Shown here: positions 36,874-46,700 of the stretch, one piece after another
How the letters are laid out: each line of letters starts with the position of its first letter
How positions within the stretch are numbered: position 1 is the first letter of the stretch
NCBI GenBank assembly: GCA_902778115.1
Contig: CACYWG010000003.1
Span: forward strand, 9,891 to 73,890
DNA from: Oscillospiraceae bacterium
GTDB taxonomy: Bacteria > Bacillota > Clostridia > Oscillospirales > Oscillospiraceae
Length of the DNA: 64,000 nt
Direction: 5' to 3'
Position numbers and translations under genes: made by a program
The notes under the pieces: generated by a model
Databases searched by the model: none
What the model was told of the DNA's origin: nothing
Seen by the model: the letters and a program-made list of their open reading frames with translations, nothing else

Positions 36874-37983
36874 ATGCTTGAATTCGAAGAATATAAAAGC
36901 AAACTCAACGCCGCCAAGCCCACGCTGGAGGTGCTGCGCGGCGCGCTGAAGCTCGAGCCTGCCCAGAAGGAGATCGAGGAGCTCGAGGCTGCCAGCGAGC
37001 GCGAGGGCTTCTGGAACGACGTGGCCAACTCCCAGCGCGTGCAGAAGCGCCTGAAAACGCTCAAGGCCAAGGTGGAGGGCTATCAGAAGCTCTGCGCCGC
37101 CTGGGACGATATGTACACGCTCTGCGACATGGCGCTCGAGGAAGGCGACGACTCCATGCTCGAGGAGCTGCAGAGCGAGTTTGACGATTTTACCGAGAAG
37201 GCCGAGGCCATGCGCCTGAGCACGCTCCTGTCCGGCGAATACGACGCCAACAACGCCATCCTCACCTTCCACGCCGGCGCCGGCGGCACCGAGGCGCAGG
37301 ACTGGGCCTCGATGCTCTACCGCATGTACAACATGTGGGCAGACCGCCACGGCTACAAGGTGAAGGTGATGGACTACCTCGACGGCGACGAGGCCGGGCT
37401 CAAGAGCGCCACCATCATGATCGAGGGCGAAAACGCCTACGGCTTCCTCAAGAGCGAGCACGGCGTACACCGTCTGGTGCGCGTCAGCCCCTTCGACGCC
37501 GCCGGCCGCCGCCACACCTCCTTCGCCGCGGTCGAGGTCATGCCCGAGATAGCCGCCGACGACACCGAGATCGAGCTCAAGGACGACGACATCGAAATGC
37601 AGGTCTACCGCTCCTCCGGCGCGGGCGGCCAGAAGGTCAACAAGACCTCCTCCGCCGTGCGCCTGATCCACAAGCCCACGGGCATCGTGGTCTCCAGCCA
37701 GGTCGAGCGCAGCCACTTCCAGAACCTCGAGAACTGCAAAAACATGCTCCGCGCGCGCCTGGCCGAGATCAAGGAGCGCGAGCACCTTGAGAAGATCAGC
37801 GACATCAAGGGCGTGCAGATGAAGATCGAATGGGGCAGCCAGATCCGCTCCTACGTGTTCATGCCCTACCAGCTGGTCAAGGACCTGCGCACCGAGTACG
37901 AGACCGGCAACATCTTCGCCGTCATGGACGGCGACCTCGACGGCTTCATCAACGCCTTCCTGTCGATGAAAGCGGCCAACTGA
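36874..37983 (+). CDS. prfB: Peptide chain release factor 2 (single ORF, no programmed frameshift)
   Basis: 369 aa. SPF (VRVSPFDAAGRRHTSF) and GGQ (SSGAGGQKVNK) motifs are present. The N-terminal region reads through in frame, with no CTT TGA site. Confidence 0.92.
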   Translation: MLEFEEYKSKLNAAKPTLEVLRGALKLEPAQKEIEELEAASEREGFWNDVANSQRVQKRLKTLKAKVEGYQKLCAAWDDMYTLCDMALEEGDDSMLEELQSEFDDFTEKAEAMRLSTLLSGEYDANNAILTFHAGAGGTEAQDWASMLYRMYNMWADRHGYKVKVMDYLDGDEAGLKSATIMIEGENAYGFLKSEHGVHRLVRVSPFDAAGRRHTSFAAVEVMPEIAADDTEIELKDDDIEMQVYRSSGAGGQKVNKTSSAVRLIHKPTGIVVSSQVERSHFQNLENCKNMLRARLAEIKEREHLEKISDIKGVQMKIEWGSQIRSYVFMPYQLVKDLRTEYETGNIFAVMDGDLDGFINAFLSMKAAN

Positions 37984-37999
37984 ACCGAAAACGAACGAT

Positions 38000-38024
38000 C
38001 GCCCGGAGGCAAGGCCTCCGGGCG
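38000..38024. terminator. Intrinsic terminator after prfB (shared by convergent genes)
   Basis: CGCCCGGAGGC-AAG-GCCTCCGGGCG, followed by ATTTGCTTTCTGCTTT. Confidence 0.75.
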
Positions 38025-38038
38025 ATTTGCTTTCTGCT

Positions 38039-38359
38039 TTACAATCCGCTGCGGACGCTGTAGGTGTCCACCTCGGACGAGGTGATCAGGACCGATTCCT
38101 GCCGGAAAAACGTGCAGAGGTCCCGGGCGATCTCTTCGATCACCGCCCGCTCCGTGTCGATCAGGGTCAGCACCAGCGTGTTTTCCTGCGTATACTCGCC
38201 CGATTCATGGATATAGCCGCCCCGGATCAGATTGAAGGAAAAGGAAACCCGGTAGCTGACGCAGACGTTTTTCAGGACGGAAACATATTTTTCCGTGGCA
38301 AACTTCTGCTCTTTCGTATCCTGATCGTTCAAACCGATATAAATGTCCGTTTTTGTCAT
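38039..38359 (-). CDS. Hypothetical small cytoplasmic protein (106 aa)
   Basis: It has GAAAGGG upstream of the ATG. There is no TM helix or signal peptide, and I recognised no motif. It is AT-richer than its neighbours. Confidence 0.55.
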   Translation of the reverse strand: MTKTDIYIGLNDQDTKEQKFATEKYVSVLKNVCVSYRVSFSFNLIRGGYIHESGEYTQENTLVLTLIDTERAVIEEIARDLCTFFRQESVLITSSEVDTYSVRSGL

Positions 38360-38428
38360 GCGTCTGCCCTTTCTCTATGCCGGGAAAAAGTGCGGCGGGG
38401 AATGCACGCTTCCCCGCCGGTTTTTTCC

Positions 38429-38968
38429 TCAGTAATTGGCCTCGTGGACCTCGAAGTAGGCCTGCGGGTGGTTGCAGACCGGGCAGACCTCGGGCGCCTT
38501 GGTGCCGACCACGATGTGGCCGCAGTTGCGGCACTCCCAGACCTTGACCTCGCTCTTTTCGAAGACCTGCGCGGTCTCGACGTTCTGAAGCAGGGCGCGG
38601 TAGCGCTCCTCGTGCATCTTCTCGATCGCGCCGACGCCGCGGAACTTGGCGGCCAGCTCCGGGAAGCCCTCTTCCTCGGCCTCGCGGGCCATGCGCTCGT
38701 ACATGTCGGTCCACTCGAAGTTCTCGCCCTCGGCGGCGTGCTCCAGGTTCTCCGCCGTCTTGCCCAGCTCGCCCAGCTCCTTGAACCAGAGCTTGGCGTG
38801 CTCCTTCTCATTCTCGGCGGTCTTCAGGAACAGGGCCGCGATCTGCTCATAGCCCTCCTTCTTCGCCGCGGAGGCAAAATAAGTGTACTTGTTTCTCGCC
38901 TGGGATTCGCCGGCAAAGGCCTCCCAGAGATTCTTTTCGGTTTTGGTGCCTGCGTATTTGTTCGCCAT
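38429..38968 (-). CDS. rbr: Rubrerythrin
   Basis: 179 aa. The ferritin-like diiron EXXH motifs ([15 protein letters not shown]..) are followed by the C-terminal rubredoxin motif CRNCGH...CPVCNH. Confidence 0.92.
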   Translation of the reverse strand: MANKYAGTKTEKNLWEAFAGESQARNKYTYFASAAKKEGYEQIAALFLKTAENEKEHAKLWFKELGELGKTAENLEHAAEGENFEWTDMYERMAREAEEEGFPELAAKFRGVGAIEKMHEERYRALLQNVETAQVFEKSEVKVWECRNCGHIVVGTKAPEVCPVCNHPQAYFEVHEANY

Positions 38969-39011
38969 GTGTCTCTCCTCCTTTTTGAGCTCTTGTCTCC
39001 ACTATAACCGG

Positions 39012-39046
39012 GAGCGGGTCATGCTGTCAAGCAGTATGACCCGCTC
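39012..39046. promoter_or_regulatory. Strong hairpin between the vanZ-like stop and the rubrerythrin start, overlapping a candidate rbr promoter
   Basis: GAGCGGGTCAT-GCTGTCAAGCAGT-ATGACCCGCTC. On the reverse strand the loop carries TTGACA, followed 18 nt later by TATAGT. It could be a terminator without a U-tract, an operator, or both. Confidence 0.4.
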
Positions 39047-39056
39047 TCTTCCTTTT

Positions 39057-39073
39057 CATTCCGAACTCCGATG
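39057..39073 (-). repeat. Short copy of the heptamer repeat family (reverse strand CATCGGAGTTCGGAATG)
   Basis: It shares CGGAGTTCGGAATGAAA with the 2477-2512 array end. Confidence 0.7.
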
Positions 39074-39100
39074 TCAACACACCGGGTGGAAGGGCTTGCC

Positions 39101-40447
39101 TCACGAAACAGCCGGGGCAAAAATCGTGGCAGGCTCACCGTCGATCCGTGCTTCGATTTGATAAACCGGATGGTAACAGCCTTTGCCGTCAATGATCCAG
39201 GTGATGGTCAGGCTCTCGCACACGAGATCTGTCATATCTCTGCGCTGCGGACCGCCGTAAACACTGAAGCGGCCCTCCAGAAGCGCCTCACGAAGGGCTG
39301 CGGCGTCATAGGCCGCGCAGGATGTGCCCGGCTGCAGGCGGCGCAGACTGGCTTCGATAACGGTACCGCTGTACGTTTTTGTCACGACACGGATCTCTCC
39401 GTCGTAAAGCAGACCGTCCGCCGGCTGGAAGGACCAGCTCATGCGGTCTTCCTCCGCTTCATCGGGCGTGGGCAGCGTAAAACCTGCCTGCTTCAAAAGT
39501 TCGAGCGCCGCTTCAGCCGGCGTTCCCTCGACCGGCAATCCGTTGGGGATATGCAGGTCAAAATCGCCGTTAAAATACACCCAGACATATACGTTGGAGT
39601 GCTCGGCCCAATAGACCGCCAGATCGTCGTATACGTCGGAAAGATTCATGTTCCTTGTCAGACCCAGCGCGGCAAACAGGCGATCCGCCGTTTGCTCCGC
39701 TTCACTTTCGGTTTGGCTGACGATCCGATAGACCGTGACGCTCTCCGGGAGCTGTCCTTCCAGCGCATCCACGCTGACGCTCTGCGGTTTCCCGTGGGTG
39801 GGATCGGTGAAATCCTGCGGCACGAAGCCGTAGGGACGGGCGGACAGCCACAGCAGCCCGGCCGCGATCACAGCAACCGGCAGCAGCACGCCGAGCGCTG
39901 GGAGCAGGACGGATTTGTGCTTTTTGAGGTTAACACAGCATAATCCAAGGCAGAGACCCCAGGCCCCGCCCAAACTGTTGAGCAGCAGATCGTCCGGATC
40001 AAGGAGGCCGAGACCGGTGGCGAACTGGATCAGTTCGATCCCGAGCGGCAGCAGGAGTACGAGCCAATAGAGCTTCGCACCCTTTTCAATCCGCTGCGAG
40101 TGCCAGACGAGCAGCAGACCCAGCGGTACGAAGAGCAGCGCGTTCAGCAGCATCTGGTTCTGCGCGTGCCTGTCCGGGCTGACAAGAGCCTCCCGCAGCG
40201 CATCCAAAGGCCGCAGCGACAGCGCGGTAAAGGGTGCGAGGCGGCTGGCCCAGCGCCCGGCGAAGGTCACGAACAGCAGCGTGCAGATATACCACAGACT
40301 CAGCATCCACCGCGCGCGATATTCTTTGCTCAGCGTGCGCTTTTTCCACGGGCGGAGCACGAACAGCAGATACAGAACGATGGCGGCGAACAAGCCGGCA
40401 AAGACGAATTTCCCTCCAAGCCGCAGATAAAGTTTCAGGGAAGCCAT
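39101..40447 (-). CDS. VanZ-like membrane protein with a large C-terminal extracytoplasmic domain
   Basis: Track ORF trimmed to MASLKLYLRLGGKF, with GGAGGTG upstream. It has an N-terminal multi-TM VanZ-like region (LLNALLFVPLGLLL) and a ~260-aa C-terminal domain with no motif I recognise. Confidence 0.65.
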   Translation of the reverse strand: MASLKLYLRLGGKFVFAGLFAAIVLYLLFVLRPWKKRTLSKEYRARWMLSLWYICTLLFVTFAGRWASRLAPFTALSLRPLDALREALVSPDRHAQNQMLLNALLFVPLGLLLVWHSQRIEKGAKLYWLVLLLPLGIELIQFATGLGLLDPDDLLLNSLGGAWGLCLGLCCVNLKKHKSVLLPALGVLLPVAVIAAGLLWLSARPYGFVPQDFTDPTHGKPQSVSVDALEGQLPESVTVYRIVSQTESEAEQTADRLFAALGLTRNMNLSDVYDDLAVYWAEHSNVYVWVYFNGDFDLHIPNGLPVEGTPAEAALELLKQAGFTLPTPDEAEEDRMSWSFQPADGLLYDGEIRVVTKTYSGTVIEASLRRLQPGTSCAAYDAAALREALLEGRFSVYGGPQRRDMTDLVCESLTITWIIDGKGCYHPVYQIEARIDGEPATIFAPAVS

Positions 40448-40519
40448 AGGTACACCTCCTTCATGAGAAAAATGTACCATAAAACAGCTTCCCTGTTTCT
40501 TAATATTTCTTATCGTCAG

Positions 40520-41041
40520 TCAGATCGCTTCTTCCATTTCCTGCCGCGCGACCTTGCGGATCGGCGTGCCGAAATAGAGCGCCAGCGCGATCGCGGAGCC
40601 CACGGCCGTCTGCAGGATCTGGAAGGGGAACTTCATCACGGCGTAGGCCGGGGTGCTGTAAATATAGGCGCGGCCGAGGGTGTAGCCCGTCACGGTGAGG
40701 ATCAGGCCGAGGACGGAGGCGACGATCGCGGAGGGCAGCGGCTTCGTTTTCAGCACATGCCGCACGAACAGCGAGATCAGTACCGCCTGCAGCCCGTGCG
40801 TCACGAGCGAGACGAACATCGGCGTCGGATAGAAGATCATGTCGCCCAGAAAGGCGCCGACACCGCCCACGATAAAGGCGCAAAAGGGATCGAGGATCAG
40901 CGAAGCCATGACGATGATCACGTCGTTGAGGTACATGTGCCCGCCGGGGACGGGGACGCTCAAAATGCTGCTGCTCATGATGATGTTCATGCCCAGCAGG
41001 ACGGCGGTCACGGTCAGTTTTTTGATCGGCATTTTTTCCAC
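40520..41041 (-). CDS. ECF-transporter S component-like membrane protein (substrate unknown; possibly vitamin B6-related)
   Basis: 173 aa with ~5-6 TM helices. It is divergent from a MocR/PdxR-type regulator. The substrate guess comes from that association only. Confidence 0.55.
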   Translation of the reverse strand: MEKMPIKKLTVTAVLLGMNIIMSSSILSVPVPGGHMYLNDVIIVMASLILDPFCAFIVGGVGAFLGDMIFYPTPMFVSLVTHGLQAVLISLFVRHVLKTKPLPSAIVASVLGLILTVTGYTLGRAYIYSTPAYAVMKFPFQILQTAVGSAIALALYFGTPIRKVARQEMEEAI

Positions 41042-41087
41042 GTCGCTCAGCTCCTTGACAATTTCTATGTTTCACTATACACTGTTT

Positions 41088-41133
41088 CTGGACTTATAAA
41101 CAGCACCAGATTTGTATATTTTTATAAGACCAG
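41088..41133. promoter_or_regulatory. Candidate operator: 13-bp inverted repeat in the S-component/MocR divergent promoter region
   Basis: CTGGACTTATAAA (41088-41100) and TTTATAAGACCAG (41121-41133) match at 12 of 13 positions, with a 20-bp spacer. Confidence 0.4.
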
Positions 41134-41147
41134 TTTGGAGTACTGCC

Positions 41148-42218
41148 ATGAAATATCAGATCGACCGGAAGTCCGGCGAGAGCGCCTATCTGCAGCTCTA
41201 CCGGCAGCTCAGGGAGGACATCGTCTCGGGCGTTCTGCCGCGGGGCAGCCGCCTGCCCTCGAAGCGGCAGCTGGCCGCGGAGCTGGGCCTGAGCCTCATC
41301 ACCGTGGAGCACGCGCTCTCGCTGCTTATCGACGAAGGCTACGCCGTCTCGCGCGAGCGCAGCGGGCTGTATTCCGCCTTCGGCGGCACGGCCGCGGCGG
41401 TGCCGAGGGCCAGTCTGGAGGAGATGAGCCTGCCGGACGCGGCGGAGGATCTCCCCTTCTCCGCGCTGGCCAGGATCATGCGCCGGGTACTCTCGGACTA
41501 CGGTGAGCGCATCCTGACGCGCTCACCCAACTATGGCTGCGGCGAGCTGCGCACGGAGCTGGCCGCCTATCTCGCGCGCAGCCGCGGGATCCTGGTGCGG
41601 CCGGAGCAGATCGTGGTCGGCGCGGGCGCGGAGCATCTCTACGCGCGGGTGATCCAGCTGCTTGGGCGCGAGCGGCTTTACGCGCGCGAGGAGCCCTGCT
41701 ACGAGACGATCCGCCGGGTCTACGAGGCAAACGGCGCCGCCTGCGAGGGTCTGCCGATGGCCGCCGACGGCGTGGACGGCGAGGCGCTGCGGGAAAGCCG
41801 CGCCTCGGTGCTGCACGTCACGCCCTACCAGAGCTACCCCAGCGGCGTGAGCGCGACGGCGGCGCGGCGGCACGAATACGCCGCCTGGGCCAGAGCGCGC
41901 GGCGGCTATCTGGTGGAGGACGACTACGGCGCGGAGCTCGCGGTGAGCACGCGCCAGGTGGAGACGCTTTTCTCGCTCGCGCCGGAGCGCACGATCTACC
42001 TCAACAGCTTTTCCAAGACCCTCGCGCCCTCGATGCGCATGGGCTATATGGTGCTGCCGGAGGAGCTGCTGCCGCCGTACGAGGAAAAGCTCGGCTTTTA
42101 TTCCTGCGCCGTGCCGGTCTACGAGCAGCTTGTGCTGGCAGAGCTCATCCGCAGCGGCGAGCTGGAGCGCAGCATCAGCCGCCGCAGGCGAAAACTGAGA
42201 GAAAAGCAAAAAGAATGA
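41148..42218 (+). CDS. GntR-family transcriptional regulator, MocR/PdxR subfamily (wHTH + aminotransferase-like domain)
   Basis: Track ORF trimmed to MKYQIDRKSGESAYLQLYRQLREDIVSGVL... GSRLPSKRQLAAELGLSLITVEHA is the GntR HTH, and SFSKTLAPSMRMGY resembles the PLP-lysine motif. At 356 aa it is shorter than typical MocR proteins. Confidence 0.8.
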   Translation: MKYQIDRKSGESAYLQLYRQLREDIVSGVLPRGSRLPSKRQLAAELGLSLITVEHALSLLIDEGYAVSRERSGLYSAFGGTAAAVPRASLEEMSLPDAAEDLPFSALARIMRRVLSDYGERILTRSPNYGCGELRTELAAYLARSRGILVRPEQIVVGAGAEHLYARVIQLLGRERLYAREEPCYETIRRVYEANGAACEGLPMAADGVDGEALRESRASVLHVTPYQSYPSGVSATAARRHEYAAWARARGGYLVEDDYGAELAVSTRQVETLFSLAPERTIYLNSFSKTLAPSMRMGYMVLPEELLPPYEEKLGFYSCAVPVYEQLVLAELIRSGELERSISRRRRKLREKQKE

Positions 42219-42240
42219 GGAGACTCCGGTCTCCTCATTC
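42213..42240. terminator. Bidirectional terminator between the MocR gene and the FAD-protein gene
   Basis: GAATGAGGAGAC-TCCG-GTCTCCTCATTC, followed by TTTTT. The MocR stop codon lies inside the stem. Confidence 0.75.
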
Positions 42241-42251
42241 TTTTTCGTATG

Positions 42252-43631
42252 TTACTGTTTTCCCGCGATGCAGCGCGCGACGTGTACGCCGCTGGCGGAG
42301 GCGTGGCTGAGCGAGTGGGTCACGCCCGAGCCGTCGCCGATGACGTAGAGGCCCTCGCTGCAGGTCTGCAGGCTGGAATCGAGCTCGACCTCCATGTTGT
42401 AAAATTTCACCTCCACGCCGTAGAGCAGCGTGTCGTCGTTGGCGGTGCCCGGCGCGATCTTGTCAAGGGCGTAGATCATCTCGATGATGCCGTCGAGGAT
42501 GCGCTTGGGGATCACAAGGCTCAGATCGCCCGGCGTGGCCGCGAGGGTCGGGGTGACAAAGCTGCCGCGGATGCGCGCCTCGTTGCTGCGCCGCCCGCGC
42601 ACCAGGTCGCCGAAGCGCTGCACGATCACGCCGCCGCCCAGCATATTCGACAGCCGCGCGATGCTCTCGCCGTAGCCGTTGGAGTCCTTGAAGGGCTCGG
42701 AGAAGTGCTTGGACACGAGCAGGGCGAAGTTGGTGTTCTCGGTGTGCTTGGCAGGATCCTCATAGCTGTGGCCGTTGACGGTGACGATGCCGTTGGTGTT
42801 CTCGTTGACCACCACGCCGTGGGGGTTCATGCAGAAGGTGCGCACCAGATCCTCGAACTTCTGCGTGCGGTAGACGATCTTGCTCTCGTAGAGCTCGTCG
42901 GTCAGGTGGGCAAAGACCTCCGCCGGCAGCTCCACGCGCACGCCGATGTCGACGCGGTTGGACTTGGTGGGAATGTTCATCTCCCGGCAGACGGATTCCA
43001 TCCACTTGCTGCCGCTGCGGCCGACGGAGATCACGCATTTTTCGCAGCTGTAGCCGCGCTCGCCCGCCTGCACCAGATAGCCGCCCCCGATACGCTTGAC
43101 GTCGCTGACGGCGGTGTTGAAGAAGAAATCCACACGCTCTCTGAGCTCGCGGTAGATGTTTTCGAGCACCACATAGTTGATGTCCGTGCCGAGGTGGCGC
43201 ACCTGCGCGTCGAGCAGATGCAGACCGTTTTCCAGGCACATGCGCTTGATCTTCGTGTTGGCGGTGGAATAGAGCTTCGTGCCCGCGCCGCCGTGGCTGA
43301 CGTTGATCTCGTCCACATAGCGCATCAGGTCGATGGCCTCCTGCTTGCCGATGTACTCAAACAGCGTGCCGCCGAACTGGTTGGTGATGTTGTATTTCCC
43401 GTCGGAAAAGGCGCCCGCGCCGCCGAAGCCGCTCATGATGCTGCACACCGGGCATTTCACGCAGGACTTGATCTTTTTGCCGTCGATCGGGCATTTGCGC
43501 TGGTCGAGCGGGCGGCCGAGTTCGAACACGGCGATCTTCTTTTCCGGCGCGAGCCTGCTCAGCTCCCAGGCGGAGAAAATGCCGCCGGGACCAGCGCCGA
43601 CGATGATTACGTCATAATCAAAGGGCATCAT
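42252..43631 (-). CDS. FAD-dependent protein (uncharacterised FAD-dependent dehydrogenase, COG2509-like)
   Basis: YDVIIVGAGPGGIF dinucleotide-binding motif, with C-terminal GLYVIGDGSG. The start was chosen at the ATG 43631, with AAAGGA upstream; alternatives are 43637 and 43628. Confidence 0.72.
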   Translation of the reverse strand: MMPFDYDVIIVGAGPGGIFSAWELSRLAPEKKIAVFELGRPLDQRKCPIDGKKIKSCVKCPVCSIMSGFGGAGAFSDGKYNITNQFGGTLFEYIGKQEAIDLMRYVDEINVSHGGAGTKLYSTANTKIKRMCLENGLHLLDAQVRHLGTDINYVVLENIYRELRERVDFFFNTAVSDVKRIGGGYLVQAGERGYSCEKCVISVGRSGSKWMESVCREMNIPTKSNRVDIGVRVELPAEVFAHLTDELYESKIVYRTQKFEDLVRTFCMNPHGVVVNENTNGIVTVNGHSYEDPAKHTENTNFALLVSKHFSEPFKDSNGYGESIARLSNMLGGGVIVQRFGDLVRGRRSNEARIRGSFVTPTLAATPGDLSLVIPKRILDGIIEMIYALDKIAPGTANDDTLLYGVEVKFYNMEVELDSSLQTCSEGLYVIGDGSGVTHSLSHASASGVHVARCIAGKQ

Positions 43632-43798
43632 ACTCATCCTTTCTAACCGAACAAAAACCGCCGCGCCTTGGGGCGCGGCGGCAAACATTTATCCTCGGAA
43701 AAATCTATCACAGTCCCGGCCGCTTGTCAAGAAGGCGCCGCATATTTCTCCCTTTGCATGGGGAAACTGGAAAGGAATTACTGTATTTGAGGTGCCTC

Positions 43799-46700
43799 AT
43801 GGATCAGTTTTTTTCCGGGCTGTACATCGAAGAAGAAAAACTCGCCGCCTTTGCCGCCAACAGCGCCAAGCTCCTGGAAGCGGAGGGCGAGGGCTCCGCT
43901 ACGGCCGCGGCGGGAGAGCTGCGCCGCCATCTGGACGCCGTCCGGCGCTGCCGCGACGCGATCGCCAGCCGCTATGCTGAGGCCGAATCCATTCCGTCCG
44001 CCTGCGAATGGCTGCTGGACAACTGGTATCTGGCGCAGCGGGAGGCGGCGGCCGCTTATGCCGACCTGCGCCGGGCCCGGCGGCAGCGCCGCGGCAGGCA
44101 GGGGCTTTTGATGCTCTCGGTCTGCCGGACGCTCCTCTCCTCCGGCCAGGGCTGGCTGGACGCCGGACGCTGCACGGCGTTTCTGCGGGGCTTTCAGACG
44201 GTCACGCCGCTGCGGCGGCGGGAACTGCTGCTTTTCCCCGCCGCCATGCGCGCCGCGATCCTGGAAGCGATGGCCGCTGTCTGCGCCGCGCTGCCCTTCG
44301 CCGCCGACTCAACGCCCCAGCGCGAGGCCTTCGAGGCTCTGTTTTCCTCGCTGCGCTGGCTCGCCGGCGCGGATACGGAGGAGCTGCTGCGCTCTGTCGA
44401 CCTCAGCGACGCGGCGTTTTGTGAAGATCCCGGAAACGTCTACGCCCGCATGGACCGGGAGAGCCGCCGGAGCTATCTCGAACGGCTGGAGACGCTGGCC
44501 CGCGCGGAGGGTGCGGAGGAGCATCTGCTGGCCCGCCGTCTGGTCCGCAAGGCGCAGGAGGAGGGCCGGCACCTCGGCTTTTTCCTTTTTGACGAGCCGG
44601 CGGACGCGGGCTCCGGGATCTATATTGCCGCCGTCGTGCTGACAAGCCTGTTTCTGAGCCTGCTGCTGGCCTTTGCCGCGGGCAGCGTCTGGGCCGCTCC
44701 CCTGCTGCTGCTTCCCGTATCGGAGCTTGTCAAGGGCCTGGTGGATCTGGTGCTGCTGCGCCTGATCCCGCCCCGGCGGCTGCCCCGGATGGATCTGACG
44801 GAGGGCGTGCCGCCGGAGGGAAAAACACTCTGCGTCCTCTCGGCGCTGCTGACGGACGCGCAGAGCGCCGAAAAGCTCTGCCGGCGGCTGGAGGAATTCC
44901 GCCTGGCACACCGCAAAGCCGGTCAGAACCTGCAGTATGGCATTTTGGCCGACCTGCCCGCCGCCGACACGCAGGAAACGGAGACGGACGCCGGGCTGCT
45001 GCGCGCCGCACGCGAGGATATCAGCGCGCTCAACCGGCGCTATGGCGGCGGCTTCTATCTCTTTACCCGGCCGCGCAGCTTTGACGGCGAGCGCTGGAGC
45101 GGCGAAGAGCGCAAGCGCGGCGCGCTGCTGGAGCTGGCGCGGCTGATGACCGACGAAGCCTCCGCCCTCTCCGTCACCGGGGAGCGCGACGCGCTGGCGG
45201 GCACACGCTACATCCTCACGCTCGACAGCGACACGCGCATGCAGCCCGGCGCCGCGCTCTCGCTGATCGGCGCGATGCTCCACCCGATGAACCGCGCCCA
45301 CATCGACCCGGAAAAGCGCGTGGTGACGGCGGGCTACGGGCTCATCCATCCCCGGCTGACAACCGAGCTCAACAGCGCCAACGCCACGGATTTTGCCCTG
45401 ATCTTCGCCGGGCCGGGCGGCAGCGATCCCTATGGCGGCCTCTGCGGGGAACTCTATATGGACGCCTTCGACTGCGGCGGCTTTGCCGGCAAGGGCATCC
45501 TGGATGTTCATGCCCTTCTGACCTGCACCGCAGAGCGCATCCCGCCGCACACCGTCCTCTCGCACGACGCGCTGGAGGGCGCCTTCCTACGCGGCGGCTT
45601 TCTGGGTGACGCCTGCTTTTCCGACGGCTTTCCCTCCCGGCCGCTGTCCTACTACAAGCGCCTGCACCGCTGGGTGCGCGGCGACTGGCAGAACAGCCCC
45701 TGGCTCTTTCACAGGGGACGGGAGCTGCGTCCGATCGACCGCTGGCGGTTGTTCGACAGTCTGCGCCGGAGCCTGCTCGCCCCGATGACGCTGCTGGCGA
45801 TCCTGGCGGGCTTTTTCCTGCGCTTTTACGGGCTGCGCCTGTCGGCCTGGGCGGCGCTGCTGGCGCTGCTGGGCGCTCTGATATCCAGTCTCATTGAAAG
45901 CGCCCGGCGCCCCTCCCCCGCGCCGCGCCTGCGGCGCTACGCGCGGCTGCTCACCGGCGTCGGCGGTGCGATCGTTCAGAGTCTGATGCGCCTGTGGCTG
46001 CTGCCCTGGGAGGCCTGGGTCTGTCTCTCCGCCGCCGTCACCGCCCTTTGGCGCATGCTGGTCTCCCATCAGAAAATGCTGGAGTGGGAGACCGCCGCCC
46101 AGGCCGAGCAGAACAAAGGCGGTCTCGCCGCGACGCTGCGCGCCATGGCCGTGCCCGCCGCACTGGGGCTTGTCTGCCTGCTGGCTTCTCCCTCGGTGAT
46201 CGGCCGCTCGGCGGGGCTTTTGTGGCTGCTCTCCCCGGCGGCGCTGGCCGCGCTCGGGCTGCCCGCCTTCCGGGCCGAAAGTCTGAGCCGGGCCGACCGG
46301 GACTGGCTTTCTTCCTGCGCGGCGGACACCTGGCGCTATTTTTCTGAATTCTGCACCGAGGAGGAGCATTTTCTTCCGCCGGACAACGTCCAGCACCAGC
46401 CGCCGAAGGGGCCGGCGCACCGCACGTCGCCCACCAACATGGGGCTGGCTGCGGCGGCCGCCGTCTCGGCCTGCGATATCGGGATCATCTCCGCCGACGA
46501 AGCGCTGGCCTTTCTCGCGCGGCTCATCGGCGGCATGGAGCGCCTGCCCCGCTGCCGCGGCCACTTTTACAACTGGTACGATACCCGCTCGCTCCAGTCG
46601 CTGCACCCGCCCTTTCTGTCCACCGTGGACAGCGGCAACTGCTGGGCGGGGCTGCGCGTGGCGGAGGCCTTCGCCCGGGAGCAGGGCAACGAGGCGCTGG

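Noticed and set aside
36874-36960. Programmed +1 frameshift site in prfB
   Set aside because: The N-terminal region (..LEVLRGALKLEPAQKE..) is continuous in one frame, with no in-frame TGA or CTT TGA C motif. This RF2 is a simple ORF, as in a minority of bacteria.
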